DNA of 63,714 nucleotides, filler included, from Nemertoderma westbladi (taxonomy: Eukaryota; Animalia; Xenacoelomorpha), in assembly GCA_032718475.1 (NCBI GenBank). It is 3 parts of 3 records of this genome, joined end to end, with 100 filler letters (N's around TTAATTAATTAA, not from the genome) between each part and the next. Parts side by side here need not be neighbours in the genome. Positions count along the whole stretch, not along the records: positions 1 to 26,556 come from JAUCBJ010006366.1; positions 26,657 to 58,301 come from JAUCBJ010005276.1; 1 more part is not named here. One strand, given 5' to 3'. The translations under genes and the position numbers were made by a program. The notes below the pieces were generated by a model. That model did no database searches and was not told the origin of the DNA. It saw nothing but the letters and a program-made list of their open reading frames with translations. Shown one piece after another: positions 23,222-35,300 of this stretch. Positions within the stretch are counted from its first letter, which is position 1; each line of letters opens with the position of its first letter.

Positions 23222-26202
23222 TTAATCGGACCTCCGATTGGGACCGATAATTATTCTACGAGTTCGGAGTAGCACGAGAGTCGCACCAAGTAGGATACCA
23301 GCGGTCATTAGCAACCAATCCCGTCCGCCGGACCACAGCCCGGTGACCCAGGAACCCGCCCGGCCGTCCGTCCGACTGTCCGGCCGCCCGGACCGCCATG
23401 AGTCCAACAGTCGCTCCAGGGAGGAGACCCGGCCCTCGAGGGAGTCGAGATCGGCGCGAAGGTTGGGAGCGGGGAGTCCAGGGGGGTCGTCTGGGGGGAT
23501 GGAAACCGCGGTCTCTGGGAGGAGACGTGCGCCCTCTAGTGGCGGATTCGTGAACGCAGCGCCCTCTAGTGGAGGATCCGTGAACGCAGCGCTCTCTAGT
23601 GGGGGATCCGTGAACGCAGCGCCCTCTACCGGTCGCGCTGGAGTAGAAGTCGTCGCGGTTTGGGACCGCGGTGTGGCGGGGCCCCTTAGCGGTGGGACCA
23701 CGAACTCTGTCATGGAGTCCTCGTAGATGGAACTAGCGGGACTGGTTACCGGACTCGGTAGACCGTCGTACCCGGTGGCCCGTAGGGGGTTGCCAAGGTT
23801 ACTCAGCTCCATGGATACCGCGTCACCTTGTGAATCGACAGTAACGAACTCTGAATTGTCGTTGTTGCCTAAAACAATAAAATATTAAACATATAAATCT
23901 CGCCGTTTAATTAAGAAAATGATAAAGTTAATGTTCAACTACATCAATGACACAATTTCCTAAATTACTAAACCCAACACACTTAGTGTTGGAGCTCTCA
24001 GCTGTTCAGTTGAACAGAGTGTGGGAACTGATCACGGACGGTTTGGTTTATTCGAATTTAACATTTACAACGGCGCAGACTAGGAACCATCGCCGGTCGG
24101 CCCCACAAAGCAAATCACCAATTCGACAAAGGCTACTGACCGGGACCGGACCCATTGCTCAATTGACCGGACCCGACATATTGCCATTTAAAGGCGAACA
24201 GGTTAGTGAAGGAGCAGGTTACAGAGGCGTGTTGGGGAAACCAAAACAATAAACGAAAGTTAACACATGTTACAAGTTTAATGGGTCCGATCGCAAAGTT
24301 GAGGTAATAAGGGTCCGGACAGTAGCCACTTCTCACCAATTCATCTGCTAATATCAAGACTGGAGTTCTTAAACGGATGTTTCAGCAATGTCATCGGATA
24401 TGATAATGACAACTTTTTGATATCCGACTGGATCAGATATCCGCTAGTCACTTGTCGGAAAACCGGCCGGATTTTAAACCTTTTCAAAGAAGAGAAAAAG
24501 CTTTTAGTTGCTTTGTTGTATTGCCCTAATTTTGATATGACATGGTTACTAGCTGGGTGTTACTGGAACATAAAGGTATTACAACAATGTATTTATGCAC
24601 CGGAAAATAAAGACGATAGACTTGGAATTGGGAATGCAGGTCAGGCGATTTCAGACATTTCCGGACGGCGGGGTCGTGGTTTATCGGTTACCTACCAGAT
24701 GAATGTGATTGGACAACCCCATCGGCTTCTGGGAAGTAAGCGATGGTCTCCGCCTGGTCGTTGACCAACTCGTAGAAAGGACCCCAGATATGTAGGAAGT
24801 TGTTGACCTCTTCGGAATGAGGCATAGTTTCTATCATCGATTTCAACTGCAAAGTAACAATATCTAATTATTTTACCAGGGTTTTCATGAAATAAAAGAT
24901 GCAATAAAATTACGTAAATAAAGAAAAAACAATACAGGTTGGATAGTCACAGAGGAGAGGGGTAATCTATCGGTTAGCTTTCGCTGTTTCGTGTTTCATG
25001 CATATACCGGTAAACTTTTAGTGGTACGCGAGACCATAAACTACTTTTATACAAGTTACAAAAAGTGGCGGATCTGTACAAAAAATACAAAAGAGTACCG
25101 CTACCACACCAGTACAATAAAGTTCAACAATAGTGGATAAACGAGTACCAAATGGTACCCCGTACTCCGATACACAAGTCAGCCAGTTACATAGTTATTA
25201 CCTAGTACGACAATCCTACAATCTTAAAGAGTACCTAATGCAGCTTTTGAACTTTGGTGTTCCACCGGAAACTGTTTCAATTCCATAAAAAATGCAGAAG
25301 GATAACGCCAACTGACGTTTACATAGTTTTTAGCACCATACTGCTGTAGGCTGTACTGCGAGTAGAGCCTGCGTTTAAAAGGTACCGATTACAACCATGA
25401 ACCAGACTCAGATCGGGAATGTGCAGTTTTGGGTACCTTCACGGCCATTGGTTTTTAATACTGAATTAAACTCGTTGGTTACATACAGTAGTGGCGGCCT
25501 CAACCATAATCAAAACTGTCATGTAACCCTAACCCTAAGTCATAATCTAAGAAATTACTCTAAATTTCCCAGATTATGACTTAGGGTTCAGGGTTAGGGT
25601 TACCAGATGACAGTTTTAACTTTTAATTATGGTTTGAGGCCTGACCAACTAACCCTAACCAAAATAATAAACCAAACCATCTTTACAAGAATAAATGGTT
25701 ATGATAGGCCTATGACAGTGTACCGACCTGCCGGCAGACCTGTAACTGTACAACAACAGTACAAGTAAGAAAAATTGAAGGTAATTGAACCCTCAGATCA
25801 AATTAGGGCCTATATGAAAACTGGAAGTGTTCACGTTCAGCGGTTTTTAACCAGTTAAACTTGACTTGATGTCTTCGTGACTTACCTGTCAGCCAGTCAG
25901 CCTGTTGTTACCGTGGCCATCCTGCCTGATCATACTGTCCTATCTGCTATCCATCCATACCATACCTGTTGGACGTATTCAGACATTGCTTCATCTTTGG
26001 ACATATTTCCCAGCTCATTCCACGCCTCCCACTTATACTTCCCAACCATATCCCAGAAGCCCGGCCTCGTAGTTGTACATGGACCAATTGTCGCTTGCTT
26101 GTACAAGGAGTAAAATTTCAGTTTGACAGCAGCAGATGGCTCATACTCGCCTCCTTTGGGAAGATTCTGGACAACATTGACGGCGGCTTCAAACTTCTCC
26201 AT
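23222..26202 (-). CDS. ACBD5: Acyl-CoA-binding domain protein 5/4-like, join complement(23222..23868, 24696..24846, 25966..26202), 344 aa
   Basis: Exon 1 is the ACB domain ([13 protein letters not shown]...[15 protein letters not shown]...KWEAW). Exon 2 [28 protein letters not shown] matches the ACBD5 post-ACB segment. Exon 3 has FFAT-like [11 protein letters not shown], a coiled coil and a C-terminal TM with basic tail. GT-AG sites and phases (0, 1) are consistent. Confidence 0.9.
25496..25641. mobile_element. Small palindromic MITE with telomere-like (TAACCC)/(TTAGGG) subterminal repeats, in ACBD5 intron 1
   Basis: GGCCTCAACCATAAT..AAAACTGTCAT.TAACCCTAACCCTAAGTCATAATCT mirrored by AGATTATGACTTAGGGTTCAGGGTTAGGGTTA..ATGACAGTTTT..ATTATGGTTTGAGGCC. 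Confidence 0.6.
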
Positions 26203-26556
26203 ATTTCAGTATTTCACAAGGACTATCTCAGTACCGGTATCTGATTATCAGCATCAGGCAGTCAGGTGCCAAGTGCAGTGTGCAGAGGTGTCAGGGTGTG
26301 CCGTCCCGTACCAGTCTTTCATTATTCCATACTCTGTCTCTCTGTCTGGCTGTTAATTAGATACAGAGATACATATATAGGCCTAACAGATAAGAAAGCT
26401 GTACCGGTACCACAGAGCTGCGGAGAGCAGAACTGCAAAACCGGGTATCATTATCATAGCAGTCCAAAGTCAGGCCCTGCGGGAACTAGCCAGACTGGAA
26501 TCTCTCGGCACTTTCAGGGAGATCTCCGGCGCGCAGAAGTAAGCGCCGGCGCAGAA

Positions 26557-26656
26557 NNNNNNNNNNNNNNNNNNNNNNNNNNNNNNNNNNNNNNNNNNNN
26601 TTAATTAATTAANNNNNNNNNNNNNNNNNNNNNNNNNNNNNNNNNNNNNNNNNNNN
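26557..26656. other. Assembly gap with artificial six-frame-stop linker
   Basis: 44 N + TTAATTAATTAA + 44 N, identical to 58302-58401. Confidence 0.95.
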
Positions 26657-26884
26657 TATTTCTTCAAACTGTCAGACTGCTGATTTCTGGACTGTCAGAC
26701 AGTTGATTTCACTATGCCTGTGCCAAAACATTCCATGATTCCATGATTTATAGACTATGAGATGATTTCCATATGCGCCTGTGGTAAAAAGACTCTATAT
26801 TTAATAGTTTGTGGTTGTTGTCGATAATCGATTACCACATGACGTAGCAAAACACTCATTTTATAGCCAAAAACAATTACCAAT

Positions 26885-28121
26885 TGATGGAAAGGAGCAG
26901 GTTAAGGCCGAGTTGTCTAACCAAAACAATAAACAGTCACTTTACCAAATCAGAGAAAGGAGCAGGTTGCAGAGACGGGATTTTCTAACCAAAACAATAA
27001 ACGATCACTTAACTAATTGAGGGAAAGGAGCAGGTTACAGAGGCGGGATTTTCTAACCAAAACAATAAACGATCACTTAACTTATTGAGGCAAAGGAGCA
27101 GGTTACAGAGCGGGATTTTCTAACCAAAACAATAAACGATCATTTAACTAATTGAGGGAAAGGGACAGGTTACAGAGGCGGAATTTTCTAACCAAAACAA
27201 TAAACGATCACTTAACTAATTGAGGGAAAGGAGCAGGTTACAGAGGCGGGATTTTCTAACCAAAACAATAAACGATCATTTAACTAATTGAGGGAAAGGG
27301 GCAGGTTACAGAGGCGGGCCTTTCTAACCAAAAGAATAAACAGTCACTTTACCAAATCAGAGAAAGGAGTAGGTTACAGAGACGGGATTTTCTAACCAAA
27401 ACAATAAACGATCACTTAACTAGTTGAGGGAAAGGAGCAGGTTACAGAGGGGGGATTTTCTAACCAAAACAATAAACGATCATTTAACTAATTGAGGGAA
27501 AGGGACAGGTTACAGAGGCGGAATTTTCTAACCAAAACAATAAACGATCACTTAACTAATTGAGGGAAAGGAGCAGGTTACAGAGGCGGGATTTTCTAAC
27601 CAAAACAATAAACGATCATTTAACTAATTGAGGGAAAGGGGCAGGTTACAGAGGCGGGCCTTTCTAACCAAAACAATAAACGGTCACTTTACCAATTCAG
27701 GGAAAGGAGCAGGTTACAGAGGCGGGATTTTCTAACGAAAACAATAAACGATCATTTAACTAATTGAGGGAAAGGGGCAGGTTACAGAGGCGGGATTTTC
27801 TAACCAAAACAATAAACGATCATTTAACTAAGTGAGGGAAAGGAGCAGGTTACAGAGACGGGATTTTCTAACCAAAACAATAAACGATAACATTACTAAT
27901 TGAGAGAAAGGAGCAGGTTACAGAGGCGGGATTTTCTAACCAAAACAATAAACGATAACATTATCAATTGAGGGAAAGGAGCAGGTTACAGAGGCGGGAT
28001 TTTCTATCCAAAACAATAAACGATCACTTAACTAATTGAGGGAAAGGAGCAGGTTAAGGCCGGATTTTCTAACCAAAACAATAAACAGTCACTTTACCAA
28101 ATCAGGGAAAGGAGCAGGTTA
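26885..28121. repeat. 68-bp tandem array (~18 copies)
   Basis: Unit GGGAAAGGAGCAGGTTACAGAGGCGGGATTTTCTAACCAAAACAATAAACGATCACTTAACTAATTGA. Confidence 0.93.
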
Positions 28122-28685
28122 TCCGTAACACTACTCAGACTCAGACAGTAGTCATGATCCATTATTGATTATAAAACTAATACAGTAATAGGCCTAAATT
28201 ATGTGAAAGGTATATCCACATTTTCCACAATCCTGCAATCCAGTTTGGCCTATCAATTATTTAAAATTTATTAGCACAACCGGTAGGCCTACCATTACCG
28301 TATTTAAATGGTAGGCTACACAGTAGGCCTATAGCAGTACCGGTGCCGGTACCGGTACTAAAATACAGAAATACCTGCTTTATACCTACATCTGTACATA
28401 CAATACAGCAAAATAGTGCTACATATACTAATACCGGTACTGATAGCCTGAGAGAACAGCAGTAGAGAAACCGGTAGCATGGAACCTAACATTAGACTTT
28501 TGGAGGACATAAAAAATAAAAAAAAAAGGACAAAAAAAGGATTTAAATGGACAATAAAAATTATTGCGTTAAAATATAGTTAAATATGTACAGTTAGCAC
28601 AATTAGACACGGAAACTAGTACTCTTACATACTTACACTTACATAAAATTTATTAATTACAGTATGAAAGTTTATAATGTATTAA

Positions 28686-29180
28686 TTAACCCCGCGACGG
28701 GTAAAATGACAATATACGTGACACATTCCTACAAACAGAAAACACAGCACGTATTAGACAGTTGGGTGAAGCCATGACGCTCTTATATATCTTATATAAG
28801 CTAGTGACATATTTGTGTCTTAGATGACAAAACATTGGTAAATTAAGCTCACCAAATGTAGCCGACATACGGTTCATCATTAGTTAAATAGGGAATATTA
28901 AATAATAATCTAGCACAGTTGTTGTATGCTACTCGTATCTTTTCATGGACACGGTGTGAGTAGTTACTCTCAGCCCAAAGGCTATTGCAGTAAATTGGGG
29001 TTAAATAAGCGCGAAAAAGCGCAACCTTGACACAAATGGATGCTTTACCAAATTTTCTCACAAGAGAATTTGCTCTAGCATACAACAAGTGCAACTGCTT
29101 GGTAATGTCAGTGTCATCATCGGTGGATGAGCACAAAATATGACCTAGATAATTGAAAGAGATCTCTATATATCTTGAAC
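28686..29180 (-). mobile_element. Non-LTR retrotransposon fragment (C-terminal RT/thumb region; clade uncertain)
   Basis: FNYLGHILCSSTDDDTDITKQLHLLYARANSLVRKFGKASICVKVALFRAYLTPIYCNSLW...IRVAYNNCARLLF, then a frameshift into ORF 28686..28880. Confidence 0.8.
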
Positions 29181-30473
29181 GACACCATAAGGCCATGATA
29201 TACAGATGTGGCCTTTGTGTGAAATTTGATTTATATCGGGGCCATATAGTGTAAATTGTGGCGGTAGTGCGTAACGCCTATATGGCCATGTGGCTATTGT
29301 GACAGAGGCCGGATATTATTGAAATTAAGAAATTTTTTGATTGATTTTACATAAATTTTGTGAGTCAGAAATATATCACAAATTAGATTATTCGTACATT
29401 TATGATACTTAACGTGTAAAAATAAGCAGAAATAATTTATCGATCATGCTTATTATTAGACAACTTGACATGTATTGTTAATGTTTCGATGTGTAAAGTG
29501 GTCATTGCCACGACCTAATACTGTATTATTTTAATTCTTAACTAACTATTATTAAGGACTTATAACATCTGTTTATCTTTCAAATAATTAATAAACAACT
29601 TCATTTTTCAATTACAGGCCCATTTTTACAGCCATTTAAATATTGCGGGACGAAACACCCTAGAATGCCTAGATCCATAACGCCTGTTACGCCCATTATC
29701 CAAATTATTATCCGACGAAATACCCGTTATCGAAATACTGACACTGATGCCGGTCAGTCATAATCTAATACTAAGTCCTCCTAAAGGGGGCGGGGCGAGC
29801 AATGAGAAATGCAAATAAATTGTCTAAAAACTAATTTGAATTAATATTAAATTTAAAAGAATTAGAATAACAAAGCACAAAGAATTGAATTATTAAGAAG
29901 ATAGGCCTAACTAAACTATATGATTAAAATACAAAGACGATTAGATTCCAAGAATCAAATATTTCGGGGATGGTTCTATAACTCTGAAAAACTAAACTAA
30001 ATAACTTGGAATTATTTGTTTTTAATCATTTCTAGATCATATTTTTATATAAGATAATTGATTTCAAATCTGAAGACAGCTTGGTGAGATATTATTGACA
30101 CTTCTCGAGTTCTGGCTGTTAGACTCATTCACACATAGAAAGTGAATTCAGAAATTAAATCAGAGACTTGAAAAAATAGTTAGCGCGTTTTCTTAGACAA
30201 ACGTTATTGTTGGAAATATGTCATGATATAAACCTTTTTACACCCATTGTTTTCAAAACAACAACTTGCTAAAAATTTGTTTTTTTTAGCATACATAGTG
30301 AGTGCATATGATTACAAATAAATGTGTACAGAGAAAATTTCTAAAATGAAAAAAATTGTCAATAATATTTTTAATAAATAAAATATATTATTTGCATATA
30401 ATTTGAAAAAAGTATTCACATTTTATTTTTCTTTTTTACCCTCCTTCAAGGAAATATAAAATTATGTGTGTAC

Positions 30474-30864
30474 TAGTGTTTAAACGGGATCAGACTTTTC
30501 GGGATTTCCGGGATCGGGACCGGGATTACCACCCTCGGGATCCCGATTTTCGGGATCGGGATTGCAATTTGAATTCAATTTTCTTCAAAGTTTTCAGTAT
30601 AGCTGGAGTTGTTTGTTCGAAATGGGTTTTTACTCAAATATTAGTAATATAAAGTTATAGTAAAATTAATTTATAGTTGATTACTGGATGGTTTACTATG
30701 ACGAAATACAAATTCGTTACAAAAATAATATTTTGTTCTGGTTCAATATTCATATAATATTCAACAATTTTACTTCACTATTTATACTTCGGGATCCCGT
30801 TCCATAAAAGTCGGGATCGGGACCGGGATAACATTTTTCGCCGGGATCCCGATTTTGCCCACTA
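30474..30864. mobile_element. hAT-like MITE
   Basis: TAGTG...CACTA termini, 8-bp TSD GTGTGTAC (30466-30473, 30865-30872), subterminal CGGGAT repeats. Confidence 0.8.
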
Positions 30865-32327
30865 GTGTGTACATCTTATTTGGACACCAAACTGAGAATT
30901 CATTCACAACTTGATGACCAATTTCAGCCATTGTAAAATATACCAGACTTTCTGCTGTTATATTTCACTTACCAGTTTACCCCAATGTGAAGAATACCAG
31001 GTTTTCACTAAAAATACAGGTTACAGAAGGGCTGAATATAACCAAAACAATAAACGAATTAGTATATGTACAGGTTATAAGACTGAAATGAGTGCAAAAA
31101 ACACTTAATAAGGATTTAAAGGACCCCCTTGGAAATAAGCTGCAAAGCTTTAGGGGTAATCCTATGTTATGTTGGATAATACCTTTATACCGGTACATTG
31201 TTTGGTGTATTTGTTATTGTTTTTTACATAATGTATAAATAAATCTATCTATTAAAAAAAATACAAATTCTTCAAATATATAATTACAATATAATTTCGA
31301 CCGAAAAGTGAAAACCTGGTATTCTTCACATGGGCAACCATTTCAGGTTTCAGCTACTAAATGCAGAAACATTATAAATTTTTGCAATAAAATTGGGACC
31401 AAATATGAGGCTTGCCAACAACATTGTTCAGGATTAGCTCTTGTGAGTTATAGAACCCCCACTTCACTTAACTATGAATTTAACTTAGGCCGACAGATAT
31501 AATATAACGTTCGGTTTGTTTGTTAAGGTTTGGCATGTTTCATCTTTAGTTTGAGAACATTGAGTCGTTGGTATATTTGTTTGTCAGTTTTTCCGGGAGA
31601 TAGACGACGGACAGATGCAATTTTGGTATTATTTCTCGGAATCCGCTTTCCGTCTATCTCTTCTCTGAAGGCTTCGCAGAGACGTACAGATGAATTCGGT
31701 GACCAAACAGCTTGGATTTCAGCAGTTGTTTAATCTTCCTCGTATTATTCACATTCCTAAACAAGAAAGTATGAAATATGTAAGATTACATGAGAATGTA
31801 AGAATGAATATAAAAAAAACAATACGATGGGATAATAATTAATAAGCGGACAATTCCGACCCGAACACTTCCGACCCGGAAAATCCAACACCGACAATTG
31901 CGGCCCAATTAAGTTTCATGGCTATTTTAGTGGGTCGGCGGAATTAGCTGTCTTTGTTAATAAGCATTTAGACTTTTTGTAGTAAATCGTTCTTAATTAA
32001 AATTTATCGCTATTTTTACATTATGTAATATTCGATATACTGTGATCGTTTATAAGTTGTTCCCTGCAAGAAGTCAATAAAATCTCAATCTATATTATTA
32101 TGTGGGGAGGATATAGGGTTGATTGTCTGGGTCATAATTAATTGACAGTATACCATAAATACCAACAACAAAATATTATAGTATAGCATATTATAATTTG
32201 CATTGTTTGTGTTTTTATGGTGGGTGATATAATAAATATTAATAAATTAATAATATTGGCCTGAAGTCAAAACAAAACTATAATTATATAAATAAAAAAC
32301 AAACTTTTCCCTTGAAGGTGAAACGTC

Positions 32328-35300
32328 TATAGCATTGGTATCTAGTCCTATAGCATTGGTATCTGGTCCTATAGCATTGGTATCTGGTCCTATAGCATTG
32401 GAATCTGGTCCTATAGCATTGGTATCTGGTCCTATAGCATTGGTATCTCGTCCTATAGCATTGGAATCTGGTCCTATAGATTGGTATCTGGTCCTATAGC
32501 ATTGGTATCTGGTCCTATAGCATTGGTATCTGGTCCTATGGCATTGGAATATGGTCCTGTAGCATTTGAATCTGGTCCTATAGCATTGGAATATGGTCCT
32601 GTAGCATTTGAATCTGGTCCTATAGCATTGGTATCTAGTCCTATAGCATTGGAATATGGTCCTGTAGCATTTGAATCTGGTCCTATAGCAATGGAATATG
32701 GTCCTATAGCATTGGGATCTGGTCCTATAGCACTGGTATCTGGTCCTATAGCATTGGTATCTGGTTCTATAGCATTGCTATCTGGTCCTATAGCATTGGT
32801 ATCTGGACCTATAGCATTGGAATCTGGTCCTATAGCATTGGAATATGGTCCTGTAGCATTTGAATCTGGTCCTATAGCATTGGAATCTGGTCCTGTAGCA
32901 CTGGTATCTGGTCCTACCATTGGAATCTGGTCCCATAGCATTGGAATATGGTCGTATAGCATTGGAATCTGGTCCTATAGATTGGAATCTGGTCCTATAG
33001 CATTGGAATCTGGTCCTATAGCACCCGGTATCTGGTCCTATAGCATTAGAATCTGGTCCTATAGATTGGAATCTGGTCCTATAGCATTGGAATCTGGTCC
33101 TATAGCATTGGAATCTGGTCCTATAGCATTGGAATCTGGTCGTATAGCATTGGAATCTGTTCCTATAGCATTGGAATCTGGTCGTATAGCATTGGAATCT
33201 GTTCCTATAGATTGGAATCTGGTCCTATAGCATTTGAATCTGGTCTTATAGCATTGGAATCTGGTCCTGTAGCACTGGTATCTGGTCCTATAGTATTGGA
33301 ATCTGGTCCTATAGCATTGGAATCTGGTCCTATAGCATTGGAATCTGGTCCTATAGCATTGGAATCTGGTCGTATAGCATTGGAATCTGTTCCTATAGAT
33401 TGGAATCTGGTCCTATAGCATTGGAATCTGGTCCTATAGCACTGGAATCTGGTCCTATAGCATTGGAATCTGGTCCTATAGCATTGGAATCTGGTCGTAT
33501 AGCACTGGAATCTGGTCCTATAGCACTGGAATCTGGTCCGATAGCATTGGAATCTGGTCATATAGCATTGGAATATGGTCCTATAGATTGGAATCTGGTC
33601 CTATAGCATTGGAATCTGGTCCTATAGCACTGGTATCTGGTCCTATAACATTGGAATCTGGTCCTATAGATTGGAATCTGGTCCTATAGATTGGAATCTG
33701 GTCCAAAGCATTGGAATCTGGTCCTATAGCATTGGAATCTGGTCCTATAGCATTGGAATATGGTCCTGTAGCACTGGAATCTGGTCCTATAGCACTGGTA
33801 TCTGGTCCTATAGCACTGGTATCTGGTCCTATAGCACTGGTATCTGGTCCTATAGCACTGGTATCTGGTCCTATAGCACTGGTATCTGGTCCTATAGCAC
33901 TGGTATCTGGTCCTATAGATTGGAATCTGGTCCTATAGCATTGGAATCTGGTCCTATAGCACTGGTATCTGGGCCTATAGCATTGGTATCTAGTCCTATA
34001 GCATTGGTATCTGGTCCTATAGCATTGGTATCAAGTCCTATAGCATTGGTATCTGGTCCTATAGCACTGGAATCTGGTCCTATAGCACTGGTATCTGGTC
34101 CTATAGCACTGGCATCTGGTCCTATAGCACTGGTATCTGGTCCTATAGCACTGGTATCTGGTCCTATAGCACTGGTATCTGGTCCTATAGCACTGGTATC
34201 TGGTCCTATAGCACTGGTATCTGGTCCTATAGCACTGGAATCTGGTCCTAAAGCATTGGAATCTGTTCCTATAGCATTGGAATCTGGTGCTATAGATTGG
34301 AATCTGGTGCTATAGATTGGAATCTGGTCCTATAGCATTGGAATCTGGACCTATAGCATTGGAATCTGGTCATATAGCATTAGAATCTGGTCCTATAGCA
34401 TTGGAATCTGGTCCTATAGCACTGGAATCTGGTCCTATAGCACTAGTATCTGGTCCTATAGCACTGAAATCTAGTCCTATAGCACTGGTATCTGGTCCTA
34501 TAGCACTGGTATCTGGTCCTATAGATTGGAATATGGTCCTGTAGTATTTGACTCTGGTCCTGTAGCACTGGAATCTGGTCCTATAGCACTGGTATCTGGT
34601 CCTATAGCACTGGAATCTGGTCCTATAGCACTGGTATCTGGTCCTATAGCACTGGTATCTGGTCCTATAGCACTGGAATCTGGTCCTATAGCATTGGAAT
34701 CTGGTCCTATAGATTGGAATCTGGTCCTATAGCATTGGAATCTGGTCCTATAGCATTGGAATCTGGTCCTATAGCACTGGTATCTGGTCCTATAGCACTG
34801 GAATCTGGTCCTATAGCACTGGAATCTGGTCCTATAGCATTGGAATATGGTCCTATAGATTGGAATTTGGTCCTATACCATTAGAATCTGGTCCTATAGC
34901 ACTGGTATCTGGTCCTATAGCACTGGAATCTGGTCCTATAGCACTGGTATCTGGTCCTGTAGCACTGGAATCTGGTCCTATAGCACTGGAATCTGGTCCT
35001 ATAGCATTGGAATCTGGTCCTATAGATTGGAATCTGGTCCTATAGCATTGGAGTCTGGTCCTATAGCATTGGAATCTGGTCCTATAGCACTGGTATCTGG
35101 TCCTATAGCACTGGAATCTGGTCCTATAACACTGGAATCTGGTCCTATAGCATTGGAATCTGGTTCTATAGATTGGAATCTGGTCCTATAGCATTGGAAT
35201 CTGGTCCTATAGCACTGGAATCTGGTCCTATAGCATTGGAATCTGGTCCTATAGATTGGAATCTGGTCCTATAGCATTGGAATCTGGTCCTATAGCATTG

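Noticed and set aside
25520-25605. Interstitial telomere or chromosome fusion site
   Set aside because: Only 2-3 hexamers per side, embedded in the arms of a small palindromic MITE.
26601-26612. TTAATTAATTAA palindrome between N runs (also 58346-58357)
   Set aside because: Identical artificial scaffolding linker with stops in all six frames.
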